From: Candidatus Brocadia sp.
GTDB lineage: Bacteria; Planctomycetota; Brocadiia; Brocadiales; Brocadiaceae
Reading direction: 5' to 3'
NCBI GenBank assembly: GCA_011525665.1
Contig: WYAU01000093.1
Location: 3,793 to 67,792, forward strand
Length of the DNA stretch: 64,000 bases
Part shown: positions 1-9,823 of the stretch, piece after piece
How the letters are laid out: every line of letters starts with the position of its first letter
How positions within the stretch are numbered: position 1 is the first letter of the stretch
Notes under the pieces: model-generated
Database searches by the model: none
Seen by the model: only the letters and a program-made list of their open reading frames with translations
What the model was told of the DNA's origin: nothing
Position numbers and translations under genes: made by a program

Positions 1-1
1 T

Positions 2-130
2 ATTACTGCTGAGTTGAATGAAAGCGGTGAATTAATTGGCATAGAAATATTAGAGGCAAGTTCTTTTCTTCGCGATTCAATACTGGAATCATCACAAGCC
101 AAAATACTCAAATTAAAAAAAAACGCATAA
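2..130 (+). CDS. C-terminal fragment of a DUF2283-like small protein (5' end outside window)
   Basis: Open frame from the window edge to TAA at 128-130. Translation ITAELNESGELIGIEILEASSFL... resembles the G-x-x-I-G-I-E-I-L-x-A-S tail typical of DUF2283 proteins. Confidence 0.35.
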   Translation: MTAELNESGELIGIEILEASSFLRDSILESSQAKILKLKKNA

Positions 131-165
131 CAACCAAATCCAGCGCATGGAAAAAACCCGAAATT

Positions 166-921
166 ATGAATCAAAATCAGATAGAACACTACCGGTATTT
201 TCTCAAGGATAGTATCCGGAAGGAAATAGATTTTTCTCTGACAAACCAAAACAGGGGCGTGGATATTCCTCCCCTCGAGAAGCCGTATCCGGCCGATGCC
301 GTGCGCATTGACCTGATGGGGCCCGGTGCATGGAAAAACATCGCCGGAATCGATCTTGTCACAGCAATCGGGAATCGGAAGAGTCGCCGGTCATATACAA
401 AAGAACCGCTTACCCTGGAAGAAATCTCCTTTCTTCTCTGGGCAACCCAGGGTGTGCGGGGTGAAGTTACGCGCAGCCATGCATATCGCACGGTGCCCTC
501 AGCAGGTTGTCGTCATGCCTTTGAGACGTATCTTGTTGTAATCAACGGAAAAGGGCTGAATCCGGGTGTCTATCGGTATTTGCCGCTTTCTCATCAATTG
601 CTCTTCGAATTTTCTGAACATCACCTTGCCGGAAAGATTGTCGATGCCGTGTTCCGGCAGCCCTACCCCGGGAATGCATCGGCAACATTCATCTGGACGG
701 CGATTCCTTACCGGATGGAGTGGCGCTACCATTTGGCAGCGCACAAGGTAATTGCAATCGATGTTGGGCACGTCTGTCAGAATCTCTATCTTGCATGCGA
801 GGCAATTAGTGCAGGAACGTGTGCCATTGCCGCCTATGATCAGGAAGCTTTGGACCGGCTACTTCGGATTGACGGAAAAGATGAATTCGTTATCTATCTG
901 GCGCCGGTTGGCAAGATATGA
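166..921 (+). CDS. SagB/ThcOx-type nitroreductase-family dehydrogenase
   Basis: 251-aa ORF. Motifs NRKSRRSY, RTVPSAGCRHAFETYLVV and a nitroreductase-like C-terminus (AYDQEALD) fit the SagB-type dehydrogenase domain. Confidence 0.7.
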   Translation: MNQNQIEHYRYFLKDSIRKEIDFSLTNQNRGVDIPPLEKPYPADAVRIDLMGPGAWKNIAGIDLVTAIGNRKSRRSYTKEPLTLEEISFLLWATQGVRGEVTRSHAYRTVPSAGCRHAFETYLVVINGKGLNPGVYRYLPLSHQLLFEFSEHHLAGKIVDAVFRQPYPGNASATFIWTAIPYRMEWRYHLAAHKVIAIDVGHVCQNLYLACEAISAGTCAIAAYDQEALDRLLRIDGKDEFVIYLAPVGKI

Positions 922-1155
922 GAGAGAAAATGCGGGAATACTTATCGTTGTCATTTACCTGCGGAACGATAGTTTCCGGCACAGCACGCCCCGCCGGGCA
1001 CCGTTACGAAGGAATTCTCCCTTCGTTGCTGATTCCGAAGCATCAATAAATTAATTGTCACGCGGGGTACAAATCTTTATACTGAAGACGTTAAATGAGG
1101 ACATTATGTTAGTCTTAAAGAGAATCAGAATTTACCGCTCTTAGCGGAAGTTTCC

Positions 1156-3483
1156 ATGATAAAAAGAATACAAATATCGGCCACGGGTCTTGTTCAGGGC
1201 GTAGGGTTTCGTCCTTTTATCTATCATCTTGCCACAAAGTTTTCCTTAACCGGTTTTGTGCAAAATGACACGAACGGTGTTTTTATAGATGTCGAGGGCC
1301 ATCATGAATCTCTAAAAGCATTTCTCGATTATCTTATTAAATCACCTCCCCCCCACGTCATTATTGAAGATATCTGCCATAGAACCTTTCCTCCCAAAGG
1401 CTATAAAGACTTTAGCATCGGGGAAAGCGTCGTAAGAGATGGCAAGGCAACAATAATTTCTGCTGATATATCACCATGCCAGGATTGCCTCAAAGAACTC
1501 TTTGATCCGAATGACAGGCGTTATCGCTACCCTTTTATTAATTGTACGTGTTGCGGCCCCCGTTTTACTATCATTAAAGATACCCCTTATGACAGGAAAA
1601 ATACAACGATGTCGGGTTTTACCATGTGCCAGGGTTGCAGCAGGGAATACCACGATCCCACAAACAGAAGATTCCACGCCCAACCCAATGCCTGTCCCGT
1701 TTGCGGTCCGAAGCTGGCATTATACAATAATGAGGGTATAAAAAATCACACGGGCGATCCCCTTTCAACCCTTTGCTCCATTCTTAAAGAGGGCGAGATC
1801 GTTGCCGTAAAAGGGCTGGGTGGATACCACCTTGCCTGTGATGCAATGAATAATGATGCCGTTTCACTGCTGAGGAAAAGAAAGAACAGGGATGATAAAC
1901 CTTTTGCCGTAATGATAAAAGACGTGGAGACGGTAAGGCAGTTTTGTTACGTTAATGGCAAGGAAGAGTTACTCTTAATATCTGCAGAAAAACCCGTTGT
2001 GTTGTTAAGAAAAACAAGTAGTTGTCCGCTTTCTACAAAAATTGCCCCTGAAAATAAATATCTTGGCGTACTGTTGCCGTACACCCCCCTCCACTATCTG
2101 CTACTAAATGAATCAGGGCTTTCTCTCGTAATGACAAGTGGCAATATCAGCGATGAACCAATTGTTTTTAGCGACACAGAGGCTTTTGAAAGGCTCAAAG
2201 GCATTGCAGGCTATTTCCTTACCCATGATCGTGAAATCACGATGAGATGCGACGATTCGGTTGTAAGGGTCAATGAAGATAAGGAAACGATCATTCGGAG
2301 GTCGAGGGGTTATGCGCCATTTCCACTCAGACTGCAATATTCCTTTGCAAGACCTATCCTTGCCTGCGGGGCGTTCCTGAAGAATACATTCTGCCTGGCA
2401 AAAGACAATCATGCCTTTTTAAGTCATCATATAGGAGATCTTGAAAATAGTGAAACACTAAACTCTTTTGAGACAGCTATTGAACATTATAAAAGGCTTT
2501 TTTCCCTGGAGCCGCAGGTGATTGCATATGACCTCCATCCGGAATACCTTTCTACTAAATATGCCCTTGCACAAAACAACAGCCTTTTAAAGACAGGAAT
2601 TCAGCACCATCATGCCCATATTGCAGGCTGTATAGCTGAGCATGGAATTAGACACAAGGTTATTGGCGTGGCATTTGACGGGCTGGGGTATGGGGATGAC
2701 GGTAATTTCTGGGGAGGCGAATTTCTTATTGCAGACCTTTCAGGCTATGAGCGCGCCGGCCATCTCGATTATGTGCCTATGCCCGGAGGAGAGCAGGCAA
2801 TTAAGGAACCGTGGCGTATGGCTGTTTCATATCTTTACCATATTTATGGTGATAATATACCCGTGTTTCCACAGACGGGTATTTCTTTGTCGGAGGCGAA
2901 AACTGATTATGGGTCAGATCACACAAAACTAAAGATACTCTTAAAAATGCTGTCGCACCGCATAAATTCGCCTTTAACATCAAGCATGGGAAGGCTTTTT
3001 GACGGTGTGGCTTCAATACTTGGTCTGCAGCACTCTATTACGTACGAGGGTCAGGCTGCAATAAAACTTGAATTTATCGCCGACGAACGCACAACAGATT
3101 TTTACCCCTGTGAAATTGATATTTCCGGAGGGATGCGCCGCACGGTGCCCCTTCATATTATTCATTGGAAACAAATTATCGAACATATAGTAAAAGATGT
3201 GAAATCCGGGTTTCCGCATTCGGTAATTTCCGCAAGATTTCATAATACCATAGTAAATATGGCCGTTCGGGTATGTATTATACTCCGCGATAACACGGGT
3301 TTAAACGAAGTTGTCCTGTCCGGCGGCGTATTCCAGAATAATTTCCTTTTAAATCGCCTCATAAACAGGCTTACTTCATATGGTTTCACGGTATATTTTC
3401 CTCAAAAAATTCCCTGCAACGACGGTGGCATTTCATTGGGACAGGCAGTTGTTGCCGGTGAAAGGTACAGGACATGTGCTTAG
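1156..3483 (+). CDS. hypF: [NiFe]-hydrogenase maturation carbamoyltransferase HypF
   Basis: 775 aa. N-terminal acylphosphatase-like segment (GLVQGVGFRPF), two CxxC-x18-CxxC zinc fingers (CQDC...CTCCGPRFT, CQGC...CPVCGP), YrdC-like (KGLGGYHLACDA) and Kae1-like C-terminal domain. Confidence 0.95.
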   Translation: MIKRIQISATGLVQGVGFRPFIYHLATKFSLTGFVQNDTNGVFIDVEGHHESLKAFLDYLIKSPPPHVIIEDICHRTFPPKGYKDFSIGESVVRDGKATIISADISPCQDCLKELFDPNDRRYRYPFINCTCCGPRFTIIKDTPYDRKNTTMSGFTMCQGCSREYHDPTNRRFHAQPNACPVCGPKLALYNNEGIKNHTGDPLSTLCSILKEGEIVAVKGLGGYHLACDAMNNDAVSLLRKRKNRDDKPFAVMIKDVETVRQFCYVNGKEELLLISAEKPVVLLRKTSSCPLSTKIAPENKYLGVLLPYTPLHYLLLNESGLSLVMTSGNISDEPIVFSDTEAFERLKGIAGYFLTHDREITMRCDDSVVRVNEDKETIIRRSRGYAPFPLRLQYSFARPILACGAFLKNTFCLAKDNHAFLSHHIGDLENSETLNSFETAIEHYKRLFSLEPQVIAYDLHPEYLSTKYALAQNNSLLKTGIQHHHAHIAGCIAEHGIRHKVIGVAFDGLGYGDDGNFWGGEFLIADLSGYERAGHLDYVPMPGGEQAIKEPWRMAVSYLYHIYGDNIPVFPQTGISLSEAKTDYGSDHTKLKILLKMLSHRINSPLTSSMGRLFDGVASILGLQHSITYEGQAAIKLEFIADERTTDFYPCEIDISGGMRRTVPLHIIHWKQIIEHIVKDVKSGFPHSVISARFHNTIVNMAVRVCIILRDNTGLNEVVLSGGVFQNNFLLNRLINRLTSYGFTVYFPQKIPCNDGGISLGQAVVAGERYRTCA

Positions 3484-3686
3484 CTGTACCCATGAAGCTT
3501 ATCGAAAATAAAGGCGCTACCGGCGTAGTTGAACTTGGCAGCCTGCAAAAGGAGATCGGACTTCACCTGTTAGATGACGTAAAGGTGGGTGATTATGTGA
3601 TTGTTCACGCCGGCTATGCAATCAAAAAGCTTGATGAAAATGAGGCCGCTGAAACAATCGCATTGCTGGAAAGCTTTTTAGAATAA
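3474..3686 (+). CDS. hypC: Hydrogenase maturation chaperone HypC
   Basis: 70 aa starting MCLAVPMKLIE (canonical HypC N-terminal Cys2). Start overlaps the hypF stop by 10 nt (ATGTGCTTAG). Confidence 0.9.
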   Translation: MCLAVPMKLIENKGATGVVELGSLQKEIGLHLLDDVKVGDYVIVHAGYAIKKLDENEAAETIALLESFLE

Positions 3687-3852
3687 GCCTTGGGTTTTTT
3701 TCCTCCGCCACCGTCTGACTGATCTAAAAACAGAAAAAAAGATTGCATTTTCACATGAGTTCTTATAACATTTTAAACTTTCTCTCATCCGCAGCATCGG
3801 TTTTTTTTAAATCATTCAATTTGACAGTATCATAATTTAAGGGGGGGACGAC

Positions 3853-4464
3853 ATGACGGTACAAAAAGCTACCAATATTAAATGGCACCATGGAAAGATT
3901 ACCAAAGATGACAGAATAAAACTAATGAAACAAAAAGGGGTAACCATATGGCTTACAGGACTATCGGGTTCGGGAAAGTCGACTATCGCCGTTGAACTTG
4001 AGCATGCCCTCCTTGAAAATAAACATCTGGCATATATACTCGATGGTGACAATATCCGCCATGGTCTGAATAAAAACCTTGGCTTCTCACCCGATGACCG
4101 CACGGAGAATATTCGCCGCATTGGAGAGGTGGCAAAGCTGTTCACGGATGCGAATATGATAGCCATAACGGCATTTATATCTCCCTACAGGCAAGACAGG
4201 GATAATGTCAGGAAACTCTTGAAAGAAGGGGAATTTGTCGAAGTCTATGTAAAATGCCCTCTTGATGTCTGTGAACAGCGTGACACGAAAGGTCTCTATA
4301 AAAAGGCACGCGCCGGCGAGGTCAAGGAGTTTACCGGCATATCAGCACCGTATGAGGAGCCTTTAAATCCCGAATTGACAATCGATACCTCAAAGATGAC
4401 GGTTGATGAATCAACGCGGGCAGTACTCAATCATCTTGAAGAAAAAGGATATGTGAAGTTTTGA
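3853..4464 (+). CDS. cysC: Adenylylsulfate (APS) kinase
   Basis: 203 aa. P-loop GLSGSGKSTIA, LDGDNIRHGLNKNLGFS and ISPY motifs typical of CysC. GGGGG Shine-Dalgarno-like run upstream. Confidence 0.9.
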   Translation: MTVQKATNIKWHHGKITKDDRIKLMKQKGVTIWLTGLSGSGKSTIAVELEHALLENKHLAYILDGDNIRHGLNKNLGFSPDDRTENIRRIGEVAKLFTDANMIAITAFISPYRQDRDNVRKLLKEGEFVEVYVKCPLDVCEQRDTKGLYKKARAGEVKEFTGISAPYEEPLNPELTIDTSKMTVDESTRAVLNHLEEKGYVKF

Positions 4465-4544
4465 TGATGATGGTTGAATGAAAATTGTTCAATCTATCAC
4501 CAGCCGTCATGGCGATAAAATACGGCCAATCTTAACCAAATCGA

Positions 4545-4668
4545 CCACCCCTGCTCCCCTCCTTCGCAAGGAGGGGACTTCGTCGTGAGCGCTCAGTCGA
4601 ACGATAAAGGGGATGTTTAGAATTGAAACCCTTCCGATTTCTCCTTGGCAAGGGGTGGACAATGGGGT
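4545..4668. repeat. GC-rich hairpin repeat element (family copy A)
   Basis: Perfect 9-bp stem CCCCTCCTT-cgc-AAGGAGGGG (4556-4576). Core ..cgaacgataaaggggatgtttagaatt.. is shared with copies at 17018-17090 and 25723-25793. Tail tctccttggcaaggggtggacaatgggg is shared with 44893-44925. CCACCCCT/AGGGGTGG flanks are inverted. Confidence 0.6.
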
Positions 4669-4698
4669 AGTGAAACTCTTCTTTTTAAAAGGGGAAAG

Positions 4699-5646
4699 CT
4701 AAAAATCCTTTATTATGCTGAGCCAGGCGCGCTTATCAAATTCTTCTGAGCCGTTTAAAGGAAATTCATATCCTGCCAGCACATAGAGTTCCTGGCAAAG
4801 GTCCCACCGAAGTCCGGGCAGAAGATCGACAAAATACTGTTCCCCCTCATCCAATCCAAACCCCTTATGCCCGTTTAACTCAATAAAAGGCGTAATACCA
4901 TGCAAAAACTGAGTTTTGTGTAGAGTAAAAGTTTTTGATACCGCAACGCCAAAAAGAAAATCCATATCTGCGTCTTTTTTGTTGTTTCCGCCTGTGGGGA
5001 CATCTACACCCAAAAAGGTATGGAGGTTTATACGGTGTCCCAGATCTATCCAGAAGGCAAGTTGTTGGCCAAGAGTCGTTATTCCCTTACCCAACCCGCG
5101 GTCATCATCACCGGTAGGAATGTTGATTACGGATCCTGTAGATAACGATACCCTCTCATTCTCAACAAGCATGGCTCTCAGAGCAAGCCTGGTATCGCCA
5201 AATCCAGCAATATCGGTGTCTTCCTTGGTATTGATATGCAACACCGTGGGCTCAATATCGATCTTAAAACGCAGCGTAAGGGGCAACTCTAAGGCTACTG
5301 CAAACTCATTAACATCCGCTTCCCCATGATGTTCGTCATCTATATAAATATAGTTAAAACGAAATTCCCTCTTAAAAAATGCCGGTGTAATACGCAAGAG
5401 TGGCACCCTCGGCGCCTTGTCTTCGGTTTCTTCATAGATCTGCCAGGGGGTAAGCCATCCGTCAAAAAAATTTGAAAATCCAAGGTTTCTTTTTTTACCG
5501 TGATGTTCTGACGGTATTTTTAATATCTCCCGCGGAGATGTATTCCCCTTGATTTGCTGGATTTTTTCTTCATGCGCAAAACCATATATTGTTTCCGTAA
5601 TGAACAAACCCAGCAGACATAATAAAACTGTTATACGACAAGGCAT
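4699..5646 (-). CDS. Putative outer-membrane beta-barrel protein (MetA-pathway/transporter-like)
   Basis: I prefer the internal start MPCRITVLLCLLGLFITETIYGFA (signal peptide) over the ORF-track start at 5721. Alternating-hydrophobic strands and a C-terminal ...IIKDF (terminal Phe typical of OMPs). Confidence 0.45.
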   Translation of the reverse strand: MPCRITVLLCLLGLFITETIYGFAHEEKIQQIKGNTSPREILKIPSEHHGKKRNLGFSNFFDGWLTPWQIYEETEDKAPRVPLLRITPAFFKREFRFNYIYIDDEHHGEADVNEFAVALELPLTLRFKIDIEPTVLHINTKEDTDIAGFGDTRLALRAMLVENERVSLSTGSVINIPTGDDDRGLGKGITTLGQQLAFWIDLGHRINLHTFLGVDVPTGGNNKKDADMDFLFGVAVSKTFTLHKTQFLHGITPFIELNGHKGFGLDEGEQYFVDLLPGLRWDLCQELYVLAGYEFPLNGSEEFDKRAWLSIIKDF

Positions 5647-6072
5647 GTCCCTTCTCCTTTCTGCATACGAAAAAATGATCGCTTCCGGACAGTAAACATC
5701 ATAGAGTTTATTCTCCCTCAAATAAAGTCCTCCGTATTAAACCCGTTGTTCATGGCGTTGTCAACAGTCCATATCTGAAACGGGAAAAAAACAGTGTATG
5801 TCCAAGGAAAATCAAATAAGCGCTTCCACTTCTCCCGGACAATGATTAACATTATTTCCGTAATATACTTCATTCTTTTTATAATTCACCGGATAAAAAT
5901 ATCTAAATATTTTTTCGAATCTTCCGATAATAATGAAGCTTAAGTCCTGAGTAATTGCTTTGGACAGATATCGAATGCTTTAGAATATTTTAGAGCACAC
6001 TGGCATGCATTATTGACGTTACTAAATAAAGAAAATTTATTGCGGTAACGACTCCGGAAAAGGAGAAGGTGT

Positions 6073-6753
6073 ATGAAGCTGACCATAGGGAAAAAAATTA
6101 ATAGCAGTTTTGTAGGAATAATCCTCGTAGCAACGGGTATCGGTAACTTAGTTTTACATAGAGAAACGGACTCTGCGTTAATTACCCCTACACTAGCAAA
6201 GGTGATAGCGCCATCTATAACAGGCGTTGAAACTCTTTATAAATTAGTCCTTAACACGATACGGGGTTCTCTTACCTCTGAAAATGAAAGATACATTCAA
6301 GACCTTGAGAATAGAAATAATGCAGCGCATCTTTATTTTAATCTAAACCTTGTATCCTCATGCAAATCGATGGATGAAAAAGCGGATGAACTATTGACTA
6401 TCCTTGAGGGCATGCCATCTTCCGAGATGGTAAAAAATGCCCTGATAGCTACGGCGCATTTCAGGACAGGAATAGCGCATTCTGGTTTTGTAATATCGGA
6501 ATTTCTAAAAATTCCGGATGAAGTCTACTTAAAGGGTTATGAGGCTGCGGTGCTTTTACGTATGAGAGGATTAGCTGAACTGCAGGCATGTTCAAAATGG
6601 TTAACCAACGGCGCTCAGGACTTGATTCACAACCTGCAAGACGAGGATGAACAACTTACAAATCATGCGAAAAGAGTATTTGAGTTACAGAGCGGACACG
6701 GCTATCCATTTAACCCAAAATACCTGAAGGAAAAACTCGTATATAATCCTTAA
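6073..6753 (+). CDS. Hypothetical membrane-anchored helical protein
   Basis: 226-aa ORF with AGGAGAAGG SD 5 nt upstream and one N-terminal TM segment (FVGIILVATGIGNLVL). No family recognised. Confidence 0.4.
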   Translation: MKLTIGKKINSSFVGIILVATGIGNLVLHRETDSALITPTLAKVIAPSITGVETLYKLVLNTIRGSLTSENERYIQDLENRNNAAHLYFNLNLVSSCKSMDEKADELLTILEGMPSSEMVKNALIATAHFRTGIAHSGFVISEFLKIPDEVYLKGYEAAVLLRMRGLAELQACSKWLTNGAQDLIHNLQDEDEQLTNHAKRVFELQSGHGYPFNPKYLKEKLVYNP

Positions 6754-6785
6754 AAACTCAAATTTGTTAGGCGCTTCTGCAAAGA

Positions 6786-7895
6786 TTAAATTGTCTTTTG
6801 GCCTTCCTTCACATTATTTCGCTTCCAGAGAAAAACGATCAGGCGGTCTACAAGCACGTAGACAAGTCCGGAAAAGGCGGCCAGCCAGGCCGACAATGCT
6901 ATGTACATAAAGTAGCGCGGAATCGCGTTCAGAAATTCCAGTTCCATCGCCCGGGCCATCTGGAATGTACAAGCGGTGTACATGCCCAGAGGGAAGATCG
7001 CTCCCCAATATAACGGATCATATTTCAAGGGAAACCGCTTGTAGACATACCTCCACATAGCCAAAATAAAGAGCATAGGGATCCACCACGTCCCTGTCGC
7101 CCAAAAAAACACCGTGAAACCCTTCATAAACGGGAGCAGCGACCGGAGAAATGGAGCGTCGGGCGAGTTAGCAATCAACAGAGAACCGGCAAGCGTGGAA
7201 ATGGCCATAGCTCCCATGTTGATCCAGTAAGGCGGAGCCAGATCGCCGGGAGAAAACTTAAAAAAAGTGTAACGGTAGAAAATAAGTGAAATCATCCAGA
7301 TGTAGAGCATGCCACCCCATAACCACATAGACAATGCAAAGAAATTCACCTCAAGCTTATAGGGCTGTTCCCAGTGTGACGCTATAAGTGCGCTCAGGAC
7401 GGCAATCGACTGGGTTGAGACAACGGCAAGAAGCCACGCTCCGGTGATGCCCTCGTCCAGGAGGGGCTTATTCTCCTTAATCGTAAAGGCGGTAAATATC
7501 GTGTAGGTCAGGGCTATCCAGAGAACGATACCCAGAATCCATAAAAATATCGCTACCCCGTAATTCCCTGAGATCAACACGAATTGGCTGCCAAGTACAC
7601 AGGAACCGGCAACGGATGTAAAGAAACCCGGACCACGCTTATGATCAACCATATCGGTGAAGAACTGTCTCCTGAACCAAAAAATCCGCAACGCATTTAA
7701 GAACCATAAGACTAAATAAACAATGATATTCAGCCAGAACAGGGCACAAGCAACAAATTGCATTCCTAATAAATGGGCTGCGATGGAAATAATCCCCGTG
7801 GCCATGACCATTGCAAAATAGGACGGGGACAAACCCCGCGCGCTCTCTTTCAAGCCATTCAGGAAAAATATGTAATAATAGTTCTGATTGTTCAT
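6786..7895 (-). CDS. Tellurite-resistance/dicarboxylate transporter (TDT/SLAC1) family membrane protein
   Basis: 369 aa with about 10 predicted TM helices. The N-terminal SPSYFAMVMATGIISIA signature and overall architecture resemble TehA/Mae1-type transporters. Confidence 0.7.
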   Translation of the reverse strand: MNNQNYYYIFFLNGLKESARGLSPSYFAMVMATGIISIAAHLLGMQFVACALFWLNIIVYLVLWFLNALRIFWFRRQFFTDMVDHKRGPGFFTSVAGSCVLGSQFVLISGNYGVAIFLWILGIVLWIALTYTIFTAFTIKENKPLLDEGITGAWLLAVVSTQSIAVLSALIASHWEQPYKLEVNFFALSMWLWGGMLYIWMISLIFYRYTFFKFSPGDLAPPYWINMGAMAISTLAGSLLIANSPDAPFLRSLLPFMKGFTVFFWATGTWWIPMLFILAMWRYVYKRFPLKYDPLYWGAIFPLGMYTACTFQMARAMELEFLNAIPRYFMYIALSAWLAAFSGLVYVLVDRLIVFLWKRNNVKEGQKTI

Positions 7896-8006
7896 AAAGT
7901 GAACGTTAATTGTGAATTTACGGTTATAACGCGAACTTCAATTCGCGCTACGGTGAAAAAACTGCCAAACGCGTAAATTTATAATAAAGAATTTTAAAGT
8001 CATAAT

Positions 8007-8225
8007 TTATTCCTCCCTTTCCTGAAGCACCTGATGGTTTCCGCCACATTTCTTACACCGAAAATCGGTCGGTTCAATCTCCCCACGCTCGTACATGGTT
8101 GCCAACTCCATTGCATGGTCTTCCGTATTGGCACATGCAACAAGCGCATCTATTTCAGTATAATCCTTGTAACAATTAAAAGGATGAACTTCACCGTCTA
8201 TAATCGTGTACAAATTTTTTCCCAT
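8007..8225 (-). CDS. Small hypothetical protein (72 aa) with C-terminal CxxC
   Basis: Internal ATG at 8225 preceded by a GGGGGG SD-like run. The 181-aa ORF-track version has an implausible hydrophobic, Cys-rich N-terminal extension. Ends ...FRCKKCGGNHQVLQEREE. Confidence 0.3.
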   Translation of the reverse strand: MGKNLYTIIDGEVHPFNCYKDYTEIDALVACANTEDHAMELATMYERGEIEPTDFRCKKCGGNHQVLQEREE

Positions 8226-8674
8226 ATCCCCCCCCTTTGCATTAATAAGAACTTCACTGCAGTTATCATACCGCTTTTGTGAAACGTAAAGCCATAAAAA
8301 TATTTCAGATGTTCCGGTGTGGGGACACATCGAAACGTATGTACATTTCCGGACTATGGTGTTTTGGTAAGAGGGTATACAAAAATATTCCGGCATCGCT
8401 TCATAAAAATTTCGCACCCCGCTTATAAGACTATACAACAATACTGTATAACAAACAACCGTAAATTGTCTTGAATCGGCTGAGATTATTAGTAAAATCA
8501 AAAAAGCTCGCAAAAGACCATAAAATATATTACCCTCCCTTAAAGCCGCCATCGTTTGCCTGAGATCTCGCCGAAAACCACGGGGAAGTCAAGGGAAGGA
8601 AAATTTCTGTATTCACTGCGAGGGAGCACCCGGGCGAGGGTATTTTTCGTGTCGAGACGAACGGTGATATTTTC

Positions 8675-9823
8675 ATGAAATATATTGATGAGTTTCGCAA
8701 AGGAACTATTGCGGCGGGCATATCCAAAAAAATGGCTGCCCTTGTGGAAGGGCACGACAGGATTACCATTATGGAGGTATGTGGAAGCCATACCATGTCC
8801 GTATACCGGTATGGACTAAAAAATCTGCTTCCGCCAAAACTGAGATTACTCTCCGGCCCCGGGTGTCCCGTATGTGTTACCTCTCCCGATTATATTGACA
8901 CTGTTATAGCAATGGCTCAGCTAACAAATTCTTCTTCACCTGCAAAAAAAGACATAATAATAGTTACATTTGGGGACATGATGAAGGTACCTGGCTCTTC
9001 ATCGAGTCTGGAAATAGAACGGGCTAAAGGGGCATCTGTTGCCGTGGTTTATTCGACACTTGATGCCTTGCGTCTGGCGGAGAAACATCCGGAAAAACAA
9101 ATCGTTTTTCTGGGTGTAGGTTTTGAGACCACTGCCCCAACCATTGCCGCGTCTGTTATTGAAGCGGAGAGGAGAGGACTGAAAAACTACTTTGTCCTTA
9201 CCGCACATAAGATAATGCCACCTGTCATGAGGGCTCTTCTCACAGACAAAGAATTGAATCTCCATGGTTTTTTGTGCCCGGCGCACGTAAGCACTATTAT
9301 CGGATCGAGACCGTATAAATTCATTGCGCAAGACTTTCATATTCCCTGCGTAATCGCTGGTTTTGAACCATTGGATATTTTGCAGGGTATTTACATGCTT
9401 CTTGAACAAATTGTAGGGAAGAATGCATGTGTCAAAATCCAATACTCGCGGGTGGCAAAAGAGGAAGGAAATCCAACAGCCCTGGCTTTATTAGAAAAGG
9501 TTTTTGAGCCATGTGATGTTGAGTGGCGAGGACTCGGGCTGATCCGGAAAAGCGGCCTCAAATTGAGAAAAGAGTATGAAAGATTCGATGCCCTCACGGC
9601 ATTTCGGATTTTTGATTTCGGATTTCGGATTAATCCAGAAATCCGAAATCCGAAATCCGCATTCCACGGTTGTATCTGCGGTGATATCTTACGGGGTGTA
9701 AGAATGCCGCCTGAATGCAGGCTTTTTAAGACGGTTTGCAATCCGGAACATCCAGCAGGCGCATGCATGGTTTCAAGCGAGGGAACGTGTGCGGCATGGT
9801 ACAAATATGGAGAAGCCCCGTAG
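8675..9823 (+). CDS. hypD: Hydrogenase maturation factor HypD
   Basis: 382 aa. MKYIDEFR start, MEVCGSHT, GPGCPVCV, FETTAP, and the C-terminal CxxHP...MVSSEGTCAAWYKY motif. Confidence 0.95.
   Translation: MKYIDEFRKGTIAAGISKKMAALVEGHDRITIMEVCGSHTMSVYRYGLKNLLPPKLRLLSGPGCPVCVTSPDYIDTVIAMAQLTNSSSPAKKDIIIVTFGDMMKVPGSSSSLEIERAKGASVAVVYSTLDALRLAEKHPEKQIVFLGVGFETTAPTIAASVIEAERRGLKNYFVLTAHKIMPPVMRALLTDKELNLHGFLCPAHVSTIIGSRPYKFIAQDFHIPCVIAGFEPLDILQGIYMLLEQIVGKNACVKIQYSRVAKEEGNPTALALLEKVFEPCDVEWRGLGLIRKSGLKLRKEYERFDALTAFRIFDFGFRINPEIRNPKSAFHGCICGDILRGVRMPPECRLFKTVCNPEHPAGACMVSSEGTCAAWYKYGEAP
9601..9660. repeat. In-frame heptamer-repeat palindrome inside hypD
   Basis: Perfect 18-bp stem gatttcggatttcggatt (9614-9631) / aatccgaaatccgaaatc (9640-9657) with an 8-nt loop. 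Built from ATTTCGG/CCGAAAT heptamers. Encodes FRIFDFGFRINPEIRNPKSA. Confidence 0.85.

Noticed and set aside
8226-8552. N-terminal extension making a 181-aa protein. Similar upstream extensions appear in the ORF track for 11679-13328, 39975-41111, 22399-23721, 45819-46730, 48801-49301 and 51411-51959.
   Set aside because: The extensions are non-conserved-looking, lack an SD, and in several cases overlap the neighbouring gene. Internal ATGs with an SD give canonical N-termini (HDOD, PheS, CbiD, PP-loop, Usp, lipoprotein signal).
9601-9660. Short repeats considered as a possible CRISPR or other array
   Set aside because: The units are 7 nt and arranged as an inverted repeat inside an intact reading frame. 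There are no spacers and no cas genes anywhere in the window.
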